64,000 bases of DNA from Haliotis rufescens (lineage: Eukaryota), in assembly GCF_023055435.1 (NCBI RefSeq), contig NW_025964002.1, positions 1,178,001 through 1,242,000 on the forward strand, in the 5' to 3' direction. Numbering within the stretch: position 1 is the stretch's first letter; every line of letters starts with the position of its first letter. The position numbers were made by a program, and so were the translations under genes. Below the pieces are notes generated by a model. It had not been told where the DNA came from, did no database searches, and worked only from the letters and a program-made list of their open reading frames with translations. Below are positions 37,515 to 50,090 of the stretch, in pieces.

Positions 37515-37910
37515 GACAGTCGTAGCTCTACGATCACTTTGTGGAATGGGGCTCTGGAAACTTGATCAGTGACTTGACCATTCTCAGCTCCATTGGGAGT
37601 ATACAACCCAAGCAGCCTCGAAGGCAATAGAAGGTTTAACCAGGTGGTTAACTACACATTTAAACAAAAATTCAGTTAATGTAAATTTTTGAATTTATTA
37701 CATGTACCTTCTTTTGTCATGTCCTAGAAGTCCTGTATATTGTGATGGTTATACTCCACCTTGTGACCAAGGATGACTTGATGATGACTGGTGAGAGCTC
37801 AAGAAAAACATCCATTAGTTGGAGTGGTGGGGACTTGAGAAAACATAAGCTGGAACGAGAGAGTTGGCTTTAAAGCTGCTATGAACAGTATTCCATTTAT
37901 ATGACGGTGA

Positions 37911-38076
37911 GGGGCGGTGGGGTAGCCTAGTGGTTAAAGCGTTCGCTCGTCACGCTGAAGACCCAGGTTCGATTCCCAACATGGGTACAATGTGTGAAGC
38001 CCATTTCTGGTGTCCCCCGCCGTGATATTGCAGGAATATTTCTTAAAGTGGCGTAAAACCATACTCACTCACTCAC
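37911..38076 (+). mobile_element. SINE family A nested in a family B SINE
   Basis: Full-length; TSD tatat(g/c)acggtg; the host SINE continues on both sides (about 37860-38280, minus strand). Confidence 0.9.
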
Positions 38077-38290
38077 TATATCACGGTGTGCAAACTTGAT
38101 GTGGGAGGAAAGCCTGAAGCGATGCAGGTCTAAAACTTTAACCACTTTGGTGAAACCCACGAGCACGGGTTGGTGCTGACAGACCTAGAACCATAATTGG
38201 GGCTAACCAGGACTTGAACCCACAATCAACATGGCACAGCAAGATATAGCGCCTTAGATGACTTGGCCACCTGTGTTGGGAGGATTAAGA

Positions 38291-38550
38291 CTTGGGGAAA
38301 CATCAGCTGGATGGGTGGGAACTTGGGGAAACATCAGCTGGATGGGTGGGAACTTAGGAAAACATCAGCTGGATGGGTGGGAACTTGGGGAAACATCAGC
38401 TGGATGGGTGGGAACTTAGGAAAACATCAGCTGGATGGGTGGGAACTTGGGAAAACATCAGCTGGATGGGTGGGAACTTGTGAAAACATCAGCTGGATGG
38501 GTGAGAACTTGGGAAAACATCAGCTTGATGGGTTGAAACTCTGGGAAACA
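38291..38550. repeat. 31-bp minisatellite, about 8 units
   Basis: cttggggaaacatcagctggatgggtgggaa. Confidence 0.93.
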
Positions 38551-38759
38551 AAAGTTTGATAGATGTCAACTTGGAAGAACATTTGTTGGAATTCAGAAAA
38601 AAACATTCCTCAAACCACACAAATCAGGGTCACTGCCTTTAAGGTAAGTTCATAAGTGGGCTATAAACCGGTCACCTAAACCAACCTGGGACAGTCAGAC
38701 AGCTTTATTGCAGGTTATGTTTGTAATAACATCTCTTCATCTAGCATACAGAACACAGG

Positions 38760-38965
38760 GCCAGGTGACCCCGAGCCAGGTGACCCCGAGCCAGGCGACC
38801 CCGAGCCAGGCGACCCCGAGCCAGGGGGGAAGAGCCAGGTGACCCTGAGCCAGGTGACCCTGAGCCAGGGGGGAAGAGCCAGGTGACCCCGAGCCAGGCG
38901 ACCCCGAGCCAGGCGACCCCGAGCCAGGTGGGAAGAGCCAGGTGACCCTGAGCCAGGCGACCCCG
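38760..38965. repeat. 15-bp GC-rich minisatellite, about 14 units
   Basis: ccagg(t/c)gaccccgag with ccaggggggaagag-type variants. Confidence 0.93.
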
Positions 38966-40377
38966 CTATATATGAGTCCTGGGTCTCATTGCAAAATCAG
39001 ACAAATTTGGATTTTCTAATAAAAAAATTCTTTCTCATGTCCTCCATTGTGCCCTAGTTATACCCCATGGGGAGTCTGGGTTAGAATCAGTCCCCAGCAA
39101 GCTGTGCTGGTTGTCAGGGGTGACGTCATGGATTGGGTGGATAGGTCTGGTGACTTGGTGTGATGGCATGGATCGTTGCTCATTATATCAATCACTGGAT
39201 GGTTTGGTCCAGACTTGATAAATGACAGACAGACAGACAGACAGACAGATCGAGGGTATCAGGGTCACAGTTGTCACAGATCTTACAATCACATTTACCG
39301 TTTGTTCAGTGTAGGGAGATGACAGCGGGACGTCCATGAAGCAGTGTAGTCAGTCAGGTGTAGGAATTAGAGTTTGCTGTTAGATGATCGTAACACTAGT
39401 CACTGGAAGAAAGATACGCCCAGACTGATGTGTGATTTCTTCATCTCCAAAGTCTACAGATTGGAGTCTACACACAAAAGGATGAAAAATTATACGCTCC
39501 ACTTTCTAAACGTTGAGAGTATTACAACGACATCTCTTTGACGTAAGTCTACTCCAGTCACAAGTGTAGATAGAGCTGTCACAGGGGGAGGAGAAAGGAA
39601 TGGCCAGGATGAAGTAGGTGATGATGGGTGTCACATTGCTGTAAATAAACACTATTGTTCCCTGTAGCTGTGTACAAGGTGCTCACTGGACCCCCACAGT
39701 GCAGTTCCCCCCTCGGCTGTGTGGCAGATGCAATCACAGACTACTGGAGCGTAAACTACTTACTTTATACTTACTTCTAGCAGCTGTGTTAAATTGGCCT
39801 CATGGTCTCTGGAGGGGAATTTGACGATCAACATTAATTTGATTGAATTACTTGTTTACAGATTTTGTTTCAGAAGTCTGTTGGATTGTTGGTCAAAATA
39901 AAAATACAATGTTATGATGATGTGTGTTGTGTAGACCTTCCAAACTGACTTTGAGTAATAATGTGGCAGACTTAAGAAGGGAGAAAATGTGTTCTTAATA
40001 GTTTAGTTTCAAAAATTTGGTCAGCATATTGCAGGCCTGCAGACCAAACATTTGGCAGGTGACCTGAGTAATCACAGATTAAGTTCCAGTATATTCGCTG
40101 TGTAATGAAGCCTTGGTGGCCTGGTGACAGAGATGACACAATCTGAATTGTATGATAGATTTCAACATTTGTGAAGGGTCAGAGAGACAGTAGCTCAGCT
40201 AGTCAGGTAATAAGTATGGCTGTTTCTCACATTATTGGGGGTGCACAGTCGTCTTAGGCACTGCGATTCCCTGTACAGAGTTGTGTCCCTTGTTCAAATC
40301 CTGGTTCGCATTGATTGTTTCTAGGTTGGACAGCATGATACCCGTGCAAGTGGGTTTTCATTTTCACTCACTCAACA

Positions 40378-41240
40378 AGACAGTGTAGTGTTGCACTCAG
40401 AGTACACAATGAGAGACAGTGTAGTGTTGCACTCAGAGTACACAATGAGAGACAGTGTAGTGTTGCACTCAGAGAACACAATGAGAGACAGTGTAGTGTT
40501 GCACTCAGAGAACACAATGAGAGACAGTGTAGTGTTGCACTCAGAGTACACAATGAGAGACATTGTAGTGTTGCACTCAGAGAACACAATGAGAGACAGT
40601 GTAGTGTTGTACTGAGAGTACACAATGAGAGACAGTATAGTGTTGCACTCAGAGAACACAATGAGAGACAGTGTAGTGTTGCACTCAGAGAACACAATGA
40701 GAGACAGTGTAGCGTTGCTGTGAGTACACAATGAGAGACATTGTAGTGTAGCATTGAGAGTACACAATGAGAGACACTAGTGTTGCACTGAGAGTACTCA
40801 ATGAGAGACAGTGTAGCGTTGCTGTGAGTGTACTCAATGAGAGACAGTGTAGCGTTGCACTGAGAGTACTCAATGAGAGACAGCGTAGCGTTGCTGTGAG
40901 TGTACTCATTGCGTGTAGTGTTGCACAGAGAGTACTCAATGAGAGACAGTGTAGCGTTGCTGTGAGTACACAATGAGAGACAGTGTAGCGTTGCTGTGAG
41001 TACACAATGAGAGACAGTGTAGCGTTGCACTGAGTGTACTCAATGAGAGACATTGTAGTGTTGCTGTGAGTGTACTCAATGAGAGACAGTGTAGCGTTGC
41101 ACTGAGAGTACTCAATGAGAGACAGTGTAGCGTTGCACTGAGTGTGCTCAATGAGAGACAGTGTAGCGTTGCACTGAGTGTACTCAATGAGAGACAGTGT
41201 AGCGTTGCTGTGAGTGTACTCATTGCGTGTAGTGTTGCAG
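40378..41240. repeat. ~36-bp minisatellite
   Basis: gacagtgtagtgttgcactcagagtacacaatgaga with variants that change along the array. Confidence 0.95.
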
Positions 41241-41428
41241 GGCACCTGCTGCCTGTGAGAGAGAGGCGGCGGCCATGAGTTTGATGCTGATGTAAACACT
41301 GCCTGGTGTTCCTGGGTGGAATCACCTGTTAAAGTAGCGAGGCTGTATGGATAATGCCTTGCTGTCTGGCACAGAGCGCTTGCAGCCTCTCACTGGACGA
41401 CACTAGGGCTGTGAGGAGGAAACCTGTG

Positions 41429-41465
<37 letters not shown>

Positions 41466-41919
41466 TCCTGAGGTGGTTTTCCCCCATGAAACACACTGAT
41501 GTAATGTTACGTCAGACATTTAAGAAGATCTTTCTGAGAAACTTGAGGATATGTGATTGTGCTTAACCGTCTCAGAGGCCATCGGTGCCTGAGTGTATCT
41601 CAGTGTTACTGGATCTGCAGGAGGAAAGTTGAGTCTGTAGGATGTGAGACATTTCTGGGTAAACTACAAAACACAGGGCTGGCCTGAATAAGTGAGGGAG
41701 TAGCATGAAGAGGGTCTTCATACTGTCTGCACAATCATCGTTGTCACATTGAGTGAATGAGAAAAATACAGAGTTCATCTCTTTCATCAGAGTTATAAGC
41801 AAGACTCTAAATATTCTGTTTGTCATCATAAAGTGTCCTCATTAGTAGAAGCTGTCATGGTTGTCTCCCTTTACATGGCTGCTTTACTTCAGGACCATCA
41901 TTTGATGGTGGAGAGAGAC

Positions 41920-43147
41920 AGTTTGTTGTCACAGCTGAAGCAGTACTTCTGACTGTTGTCACAGCTGAAGCAGTACTTCTGACTGCTGTCATTCTGTTGA
42001 AGCAATACTTCTGACTGCAGTCATTCTGTTGAAGCAATACTTCTGACTGCAGTCATTCTGTTGAAGCAATAGTTCTGGCTGTTGAAGCGATGCTTCTGAC
42101 TGCTGTCATTCTGTTGAAGCAATACTTCTGACTGTTGAAGCAATACTTCTGACTGCTGTCATAGTGTTGAAGCAATACTTCTGACTGCTATCATTCTGTT
42201 GAAGCAATACTTCTCACCGTTATCAAACGGTTGAAGCAGTATTTTTTAATGCTATCATTCTGTTGAAGCAATACTTCTGACTGTTGAAGCAATACTTCTG
42301 ACTGCTATCATTCTGTTGAAGCAATACTTCTGACTGTTGAAGCAGTACTTCTGACTGTTGGAGCAGTACTTCTGACTGTTGTCATACTGTTGAAGCAGTA
42401 CTTCTGACTTGTCATACTGTTGAAGCAATACTTCTGACTGTTGAAGCAGTACTTGACTGTTGAAGCAGTACTTCTGACTGTTGAAGCAGTACTTCTGACT
42501 GTTGAAGCAGTTCTTGACTGTTGAAGCAGTACTTCTGACTGTTGAAGCGATGCTTCTGACTGCTGTCATTCTGTTGAAGCAATACTTCTGACTGTTGAAG
42601 CAATACTTCTGACTGCTGTCATAGTGTTGAAGCAATACTTCTGACTGCTATCATTCTGTTGAAGCAATACTTCTCACCTTTATCAAACGGTTGAAGCAGT
42701 ATTTTTTAATGCTATCATTCTGTTGAAGCAATACTTCTGACTGTTGAAGCGATACTTCTGACTGCTATCATTCTGTTGAAGCAATACTTCTGACTGTTGA
42801 AGCAGTACTTCTGACTGTTGGAGCAGTACTTCTGACTGTTGTCATACTGTTGAAGCAGTACTTCTGACTTGTCATACTGTTGAAGCAATACTTCTGACTG
42901 TTGAAGCAGTACTTGACTGTTGAAGCAGTACTTCTGACTGTTGAAGCAGTACTTCTGACTGTTGAAGCAGTACTTCTGACTGTTGAAGCAGTTCTTGACT
43001 GTTGAAGCAGTACTTCTGACTGTTGAAGCAGTACTTGACTGTTGAAGCAGTACTTCTGACTGTTGGAGCAGTACTTCTGACTGTTGAAGCAGTACTTCTG
43101 ACAGTTGAAGCAGTACTTCTGACTGTTGGAGCAGTACTTCTGACTGC
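41920..43147. repeat. 21-bp minisatellite with a 460-bp higher-order duplication
   Basis: Unit tgttgaagcagtacttctgac; the unusual block tatcaaacggttgaagcagtattttttaatg recurs at 42221 and 42681. Confidence 0.93.
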
Positions 43148-44372
43148 ATGGTTCCAGGAATCCGACCTGTGCTGGGGAAGGTTGTTATGTGAAGACCAAG
43201 CTATGTGTATCAAACACTGCCAGCATCCTTCACTTCATGTCCTAGCGGGCCAGGGGAGGACAGAGTTATCCAGAATCTTTCAAAACATGATATATTGCAT
43301 TCCAAAGCAATTACTGGAATATGTGAGCAGGGATAGGATTTCTAGAATTTCAATTGAAACCTGTTTTATGCTGTTTTGTATTGTAGTCACAGCAGCTGTG
43401 GTTTACAGACTGCTTGTACGCAATGCAATGCAAGGGGTCATTGTATGTCATTGGTTGTAAACAGATGTAGTCTACTACAATGGTTTCAATTTCCCACCAT
43501 TGTGGACGACCGCACAGCTTAATTCAGATCAGTTGTTGTCAGTTTGACAAAGTCTAATTGGATTTGCAAGCCGAATGAGACCTTGTGTCAGGTGTTTCAG
43601 TGTTAGCAGTAGCTAGCTCAACTAGACTTTAAATAATTTCATCACTTACTTCCTTTTTGATTCATAATTGTTGGAAAGTATCCAAAAGTTTGAGAATATT
43701 TAGTAGTTCTTCTTACACTTTAACAGACATAGACAGAGTATGAACTTTAGTTTATTTCCTTAACAAATTAGCTTTAAGTGTTTAAGCATCTGCTAGGGTT
43801 TTAAACAAAGTTGGTTTATACAAACCTGGGATGTATTGAGGGGGACCCAAACAACACAATTTGTCAGCCTCCAGTACCAGCAGAGTTGTCTCCCCTTGCC
43901 CTTGGTCGTCCTGCAGTAAATGTGTCAACTGGTCTTCAAGTGGCTCCTTGTCTGCTCTAGAGGTCTCGTGCCGACCCTCATCTCAAGTGGAATGAGAAAC
44001 ATCACCTGGATTTAATATCCCGGGATTAATTTGCGCTTTGCGTCAGAGCGAGATGGGGTAATAATCATATGTTTGTTGGGAGATGGTTAAGGAGTCATCA
44101 GTATTCAGCTGTTGTTTGAAGTGGAGAGATTAAAACCAAGTACATGGAGTGTTTTAAGTGTTTCAAGGAGAGTAACTTATGTTTGACACTTACAGGTGGG
44201 ACTGGTCATTTTGTATAGGAGTGGGTGAGATTACGGGGAGGAGGGTGGGGGGTATGGGGGCATGAAAAAATGACACCGCAAAAGATTGGGGCAGCCAAAT
44301 ATACCAGAAACATATGTATGGGACAAGTGTGTGACAAAATGACAGTTCTATTTTAATACTTTTTATAAAATT

Positions 44373-44532
44373 NNNNNNNNNNNNNNNNNNNNNNNNNNNN
44401 NNNNNNNNNNNNNNNNNNNNNNNNNNNNNNNNNNNNNNNNNNNNNNNNNNNNNNNNNNNNNNNNNNNNNNNNNNNNNNNNNNNNNNNNNNNNNNNNNNNN
44501 NNNNNNNNNNNNNNNNNNNNNNNNNNNNNNNN
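44373..44532. other. Assembly gap (160 N) followed by poly-C
   Basis: Run of N. Contiguity across the gap is scaffold-level only. Confidence 1.
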
Positions 44533-44883
44533 CCCCCCCCCCCCCAATATCATTGCGGGGATGTTCTCGTAACGTGCCATTTTATTACCAGGCATGATGG
44601 ATGAGGGAAATAGATATGTTAATTTCATCACATGATGATGAGTGTTTCGTTTTATTTATATCCATGTCTAACATAGCAAGTTTAAATAATTTAAATCGGT
44701 GAGGTGAAATTAGTATTCACATGATTTTAATAAAATAACTGGAGGTACAGCAAGAGATAACAATTTGCTGGTTTTCTGGATGAGAATCCTGGCCATGCAC
44801 TGTTCACTATAACCCAGTTGAAGCACCCCACAAATCCTGCATACCTGCAACTGACATAGTTCCTGCACTGGTCCTCTTCTTGT

Positions 44884-45043
44884 GTGAGTGAGTGCTTTTA
44901 AGCTGCTTTTAGCAATATTCCTGCAATTTCACAGCGGGGGACACCAGAAATGGGCTTCACACATTGTACCCATGTCAGGAATCAAACTCGGGTCCTCAGC
45001 GTGACGAGCGAACGCTTTAACCACTAGGCTACCTGACCGCCCC
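44884..45043 (-). mobile_element. SINE family A
   Basis: Reverse-complement copy; TSD-like tcttgtgtga. Confidence 0.9.
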
Positions 45044-46525
45044 TCCTCTTGTGTGAAATGTAAACCCAAACAGTTTTATATGTAATAGAAAACTAAATTT
45101 TACAAATTTTATGTCAAACATATTCTTCTTGCTATCACTACAAATTTTGACCTTGTAGCATATTAAACCAGGAACATGTTCCCTCTTCCAACACAAAAAC
45201 ATAACCTGGCTATATTTACTAACTTTGCCAAGATTGAAAATTCATGAGCAGAAAGATTCCTGTTGATGTTGAGGATTGACTGAGAGATTTAACTTTTTCA
45301 CATTTACAAAGGACTATTGTTGTGTTTCGAGTAGCGCTGCATCGGCACTATGGAGGTGAGTCATGTGAGTCGGACATGATGAGTGTAGCACTTCCGCAAT
45401 CACTTGACAGGATTCGCAATAACGGATACTCCAGTTACGAAGGTAGAGGCAGTATCCACGGGGAGCGTCTCCACTCATACCTTAAATAATTATTGCTGGA
45501 TATTAGAATTGTGAATTGTTTGATAGAAGTTGACAGATGACAAAGTAGACACAATATATGGATAACAACTTCTATAGTTTACAGTAACAGCGACATTTTG
45601 GTATTGATCCTTGTGTCTTTGCATGACAATGGTATAAGGATGATACTGAAACATCGCCATTAGAGTAAGAAGTTAGTCTTCTTTACTGGAATTGGGGACT
45701 GAAATGTGCCAGGGATGTCGAAGATGGCTTGCATGTAACAGACTATCCATTACTTATCATCAAAACTTTTTTTATTTCATGAAGTGGACATATTACAATG
45801 CTCTTTGGAATTGTAAGCCGACCCAACAATATTTGGCTTTACTAATGCTGAAACACAACTAACAGCCCCCAAACCTAGACTGATCCCAATATGTGAACTA
45901 TAAAAGATTTTTTGTGTGGAAAGTATTCAAGGTACCTTCTATCAGGTTACCAAGTTTTCTAAGGTGTCACAATTCACCCTAGGAGATATAGCTAGGGTGA
46001 GATCAAGCAATATCTATATTGTAGATATCGCTGCAAAGAAATTGCATCACAATGCTTTGGAGACCATTGTGACGTCATTGGTTACCATGAGGTCACAATC
46101 AAATGACATCACTAATGGCTCAGCTACTGAAGCTGTTAGCAGTACTTTTTACTCTTAAGACACTGCTTATTACTGTCTACATACTGAAAAAGTTGGAAGA
46201 ATGATGTTGGATGATAAATAAAATCTCACCCGAGTGTCTTTTTGGCAAGCTTCAAAGTTCTTCCACTTTTATCAACTTGTGTTGATATGTTTGATATCAA
46301 AATACACTCGGGTGAGATTTTCTCAATCTTTTCAAACTTCAGCGTGATTTGGCCTGAATTTGTTGAGGATCTAGTAGGTTCTTGACAGTCTCCAGCTGTA
46401 GTGGAGGGAAGGGAACCTCCTTCACTTGCTTGTTTCCCCACCATGTTGTTCTCCTCTTGAGTACCTCTTACATGCTCTGGTTCAGATGAGGTGATTATCA
46501 ACATTACATGGCTTATTGGTCGTCT

Positions 46526-46691
46526 GGGGCGGTCGGCTAGCCTAGTGGTTAAAGCGTTCGCTCGTCATGCCGAAGACCCGGGTTCGATTCCTGACATGGG
46601 TACAATGTGTGAAGCCCATTTCTGGTGTCCTCCGCCGTGATATTGCTGGAATATTGCTAAAAGCGGCGTAAAACCATACTCACTCACTCAC
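46526..46691 (+). mobile_element. SINE family A
   Basis: Full-length copy; TSD-like tattggt(c/a)gt. Confidence 0.9.
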
Positions 46692-47304
46692 TATTGGTAG
46701 TGTACATGGATACAGTTGGGGGAAACTCTGGCATACATTTTTACAAAAATATTTGTCTGTATTCAGCATGGTTGGTTTGAATCATCCCATGCAAGACGGT
46801 GATGACAGAACCACAATGTTATTTTATTTCTTTGCCTTGTGTTGTTCCTCGTGACTGTAACTATGGCGTATGGACTCACGAGTGGCAGTGTAACTTTGAT
46901 CACAAAATATTATGACTATCATGGTTGGTAATCAAGCTATTTCAATCAGATGTTGACTGTTGGCTATGAATGATAAAGACGACGTGTTATGCTACATACA
47001 GTAAACATACAGCTACACAGTACATGTCCAGCGTTCGGACAGCCACAGTGATGGTTGAAGTCCTTGTATCACGTTGTGAATATTGCAAACAAATCTGTCA
47101 GTCTTATAAACAAACATTTCAGTTCATCAGGTTATTATCCCCTGCCCAAACGATTTATATTTTTGGCATTTCCAATTCAACCAGTTAGATTTAGGTTCAA
47201 ATGAGTTTGGGGTAGTCTAGTGGTACCAGTGTTTGCTCGTCATGTCGGAGACTCAGGTTCAGTTCCCACATGTGTACAATGTGTGAAGCTCATTTCTGGT
47301 CAGA

Positions 47305-47577
47305 TATGAACATATAGAATTGGTCTCCAGCAACCTGTGTTTGTCGTAAGAGGCGACTATGCTTGTCGTAAGAGGCGACTATGCTTGTCGTAAGAGGCGA
47401 CTATGCTTGTCGTAAGAGGCCATTTATGGAAAAGGGTGGTCAGATTCGCTGACTTGGTTGATGCATGTCATTGTATCCCTGTTGCACAGATTGATGCTCA
47501 TGATGTCAATCACTGGATTGTATGGTCTAGACTGCTGTCATATAGCTGAGTGTGGCGTTAAACAACAAACAAACAAG
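47305..47577 (+). mobile_element. SINE-like family C with an internal 22-bp tandem expansion
   Basis: About four copies of (atgcttgtcgtaagaggcgact), then the family C body and AAAC tail. Confidence 0.85.
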
Positions 47578-48427
47578 CTATACAGTTCATTGTAGTCACT
47601 AAGAATATTCCCCATGGGCATTACAGGTTAAACAGGTCATGAGGGGCAACATAAAAAGGATTGGGTGGTCAGCGTTGACTTGGTGGATAGTCTGTCATGG
47701 ATTCCCCAATATCATGGATCATTGCTCAATATGTCAATCACTGGATTGTCTGGACCAGCAGCTGTCATCTAGCTGACACGCTATAAGTCCTTCTACAAAG
47801 GAATTTCAGTGTTACAAGTCTCTGAACTCCCATACTTGGACATGGACTTCTGAGAGTTATAACGCTAAGATCTCTTTGTGGAGCGGGGTCCTGAGTCAAC
47901 CCACTGGTTTGGTGTTCCTTGGTAGTCCCAGACGCCCATGTCATGTCCATCTTAGTAGCCACTGTGAGTAGCAGATCCACGTTTAGCGGTAGGAACGATC
48001 TGATATGGCCTTGTAGTGGTGTTGAAGTTATAGAACTTCAAGAGTGATGTCCACTAGCTTTAGAAGTGATGGATGAAAAAATACCTTGAAATGTTACTTT
48101 TACTTTACGTTGGTAACCTTCACTATAAGTGTCCAACCTTTTAGGGTCAAGGGTTCTCTCAGAATGATCTTACTGAACCATCCTAGACAGGTATATCCAA
48201 GTATGGACACCTGTACAATCACAAAGGAGACGTGGTTATGGGAGATGTGAATTGGTCGTTTTAGCCTTTAAATCGTTTTCGAGAGATGAAATGAACGCGT
48301 GTACGACATCAGTGTGTGCTTACCTAATGTGTATTGTCCCCTCGTCATGTGCTTCGGAAGAACTTGTGTCTCATTTCCTCTGCACTTGTGACATCTTGGC
48401 TGACCTTGTGCTCAGTCACAGCTCGAC

Positions 48428-48452
48428 ATGAAGTGGCTGATGGAGGATTCGT
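48428..48452 (+). CDS. Candidate alternative first exon D (MKWLMEDS-)
   Basis: gacATGA start, T|GTGAGT donor, phase 1, in unique non-repetitive sequence. Confidence 0.45.
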
Positions 48453-48774
48453 GTGAGTATCTCTCTCAGGTTTATACTTTGTGAATGTATCGATGTCTGT
48501 ACCTCACTGTGGGTTTATCCTCTATGTTGTATCTATGTCTGTCTCTTCAGTTTCCACAGCCGATCTCTTCCTGCCCAGCCAGGTCTGGTGTAGCCACTTC
48601 AGCAGGTTTTAATGAATTACTGAATGTGTGACTTGATGTTAACAAAGGGATGTTATAGATAATGTACTGGAAACTATGTTGTGTGTCTGTGATAAGGATG
48701 CTGTACGTCATTCAGTAGAAGCTATGTCATAGATATCTGGAAAGGGTACTGTTATCCAATAGAAACTACATTGG

Positions 48775-50090
48775 TGTCATTCAATAGAAGCCCTATAAGT
48801 ACATGTGTGATAAGGGTGCTGTCATTCAATAGAAGCCCTACAGGTACATGTGTGATAATGTGCTGTCATTCAATAGAAGCCCTTTAGGTACATGTGTAAT
48901 AAGGGTGCTGTCATTCAATAGAAGCCCTTTAGGTACATGTGTGATAAGGGTGCTGTCATTCAATAGAAGCCCTTTAGGTACATGTGTGATAAGGGTGCTG
49001 TCATTCAATAGAAGCCCTACAGGTACATGTGTGATAATGTGCTGTCATTCAATAGAAGCCCTTTAGGTACATGTGTGATAATGTTCTGTCATTCAATAGA
49101 AGCCCTATAAGTACATGTGTGATAAGGGTGCTGTCATTCAATAGAAGCCCTTTAGGTACATGTTTGATAAGGGTGCTGTCATTCAATAGAAGCCCTTTAG
49201 GTACATGTGTGATAAGGGTGCTGTCATTCAATAGAAGCCCTACAGGTACATGTGTGATAATGTGCTGTCATTCAATAGAAGCCCTTTAGGTACATGTGTG
49301 ATAATGTTCTGTCATTCAATAGAAGCCCTATAACTACATGTGTGATAATGTGCTGTCATTCAATAGAAGCCCTTTAGGTACATGTTTGATAAGGGTGCTG
49401 TCATTCAATAGAAGCCCTTTAGGTACATGTGTGATAAGGGTGCTGTCATTCAATAGAAGTCCTTTAGGTACATGTGTGATAAGGGTGCTGTCATTCAATA
49501 GAAGCCCTATAAGTACATGTGTGATAAGGGTGCTGTCATTCAATAGAAGCCCTTTAGGTACATGTTTGATAAGGGTGCTGTCATTCAATAGAAGCCCTTT
49601 AGGTACATGTGTGATAAGGGTGCTGTCATTCAATAGAAGCCCTTTAGGTACATGTTTGATAAGGGTGCTGTCATTCAATAGAAGCCCTTTAGGTACATGT
49701 GTGATAAGGGTGCTGTCATTCAATAGAAGCCCTTTAGGTACATGTGTGATAAGGGTGCTGTCATTCAATAGAAGCCCTATAAGTACATGTGTGATAAGGG
49801 TGCTGTCATTCAATAGAAGCCCTTTAGGTACATGTGTGATAATGTGCTGCCATTCAATAGAAGCCCTTTAAGTACATGTGTGATAAGGGTGCTGTCATTC
49901 AATAGAAGCCCTTTAGGTACATGTGTGATAAGGGTGTAGTTATTCAATAGAAGCCCCGTAGGTACATGTGTGATAAGGGTGTAGTTATTCAATAGAAGCC
50001 CTATAGGTACATGTGTGATAAGGGTGTAGTTATTCAATAGAAGCCCTTTAGGTACATGTGTGATAACAGTGTAGTTATTCAATAGAAGTT
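48775..50090. repeat. 45-bp minisatellite, about 29 units with degenerate flanks
   Basis: tgtcattcaatagaagccctttaggtacatgtgtgataagggtgc. Confidence 0.97.

Noticed and set aside
45350-45361. ATG GAG|GTGAGT as another first exon
   Set aside because: Phase 0, incompatible with the phase-1 series; only two codons, and equally explained by an overlapping TGAGTCA AP-1-like site.
46226-46504. 92-aa minus-strand ORF with protein-like composition
   Set aside because: No recognisable motif or ATG context, and it overlaps an inverted repeat, so it cannot be supported as an exon.
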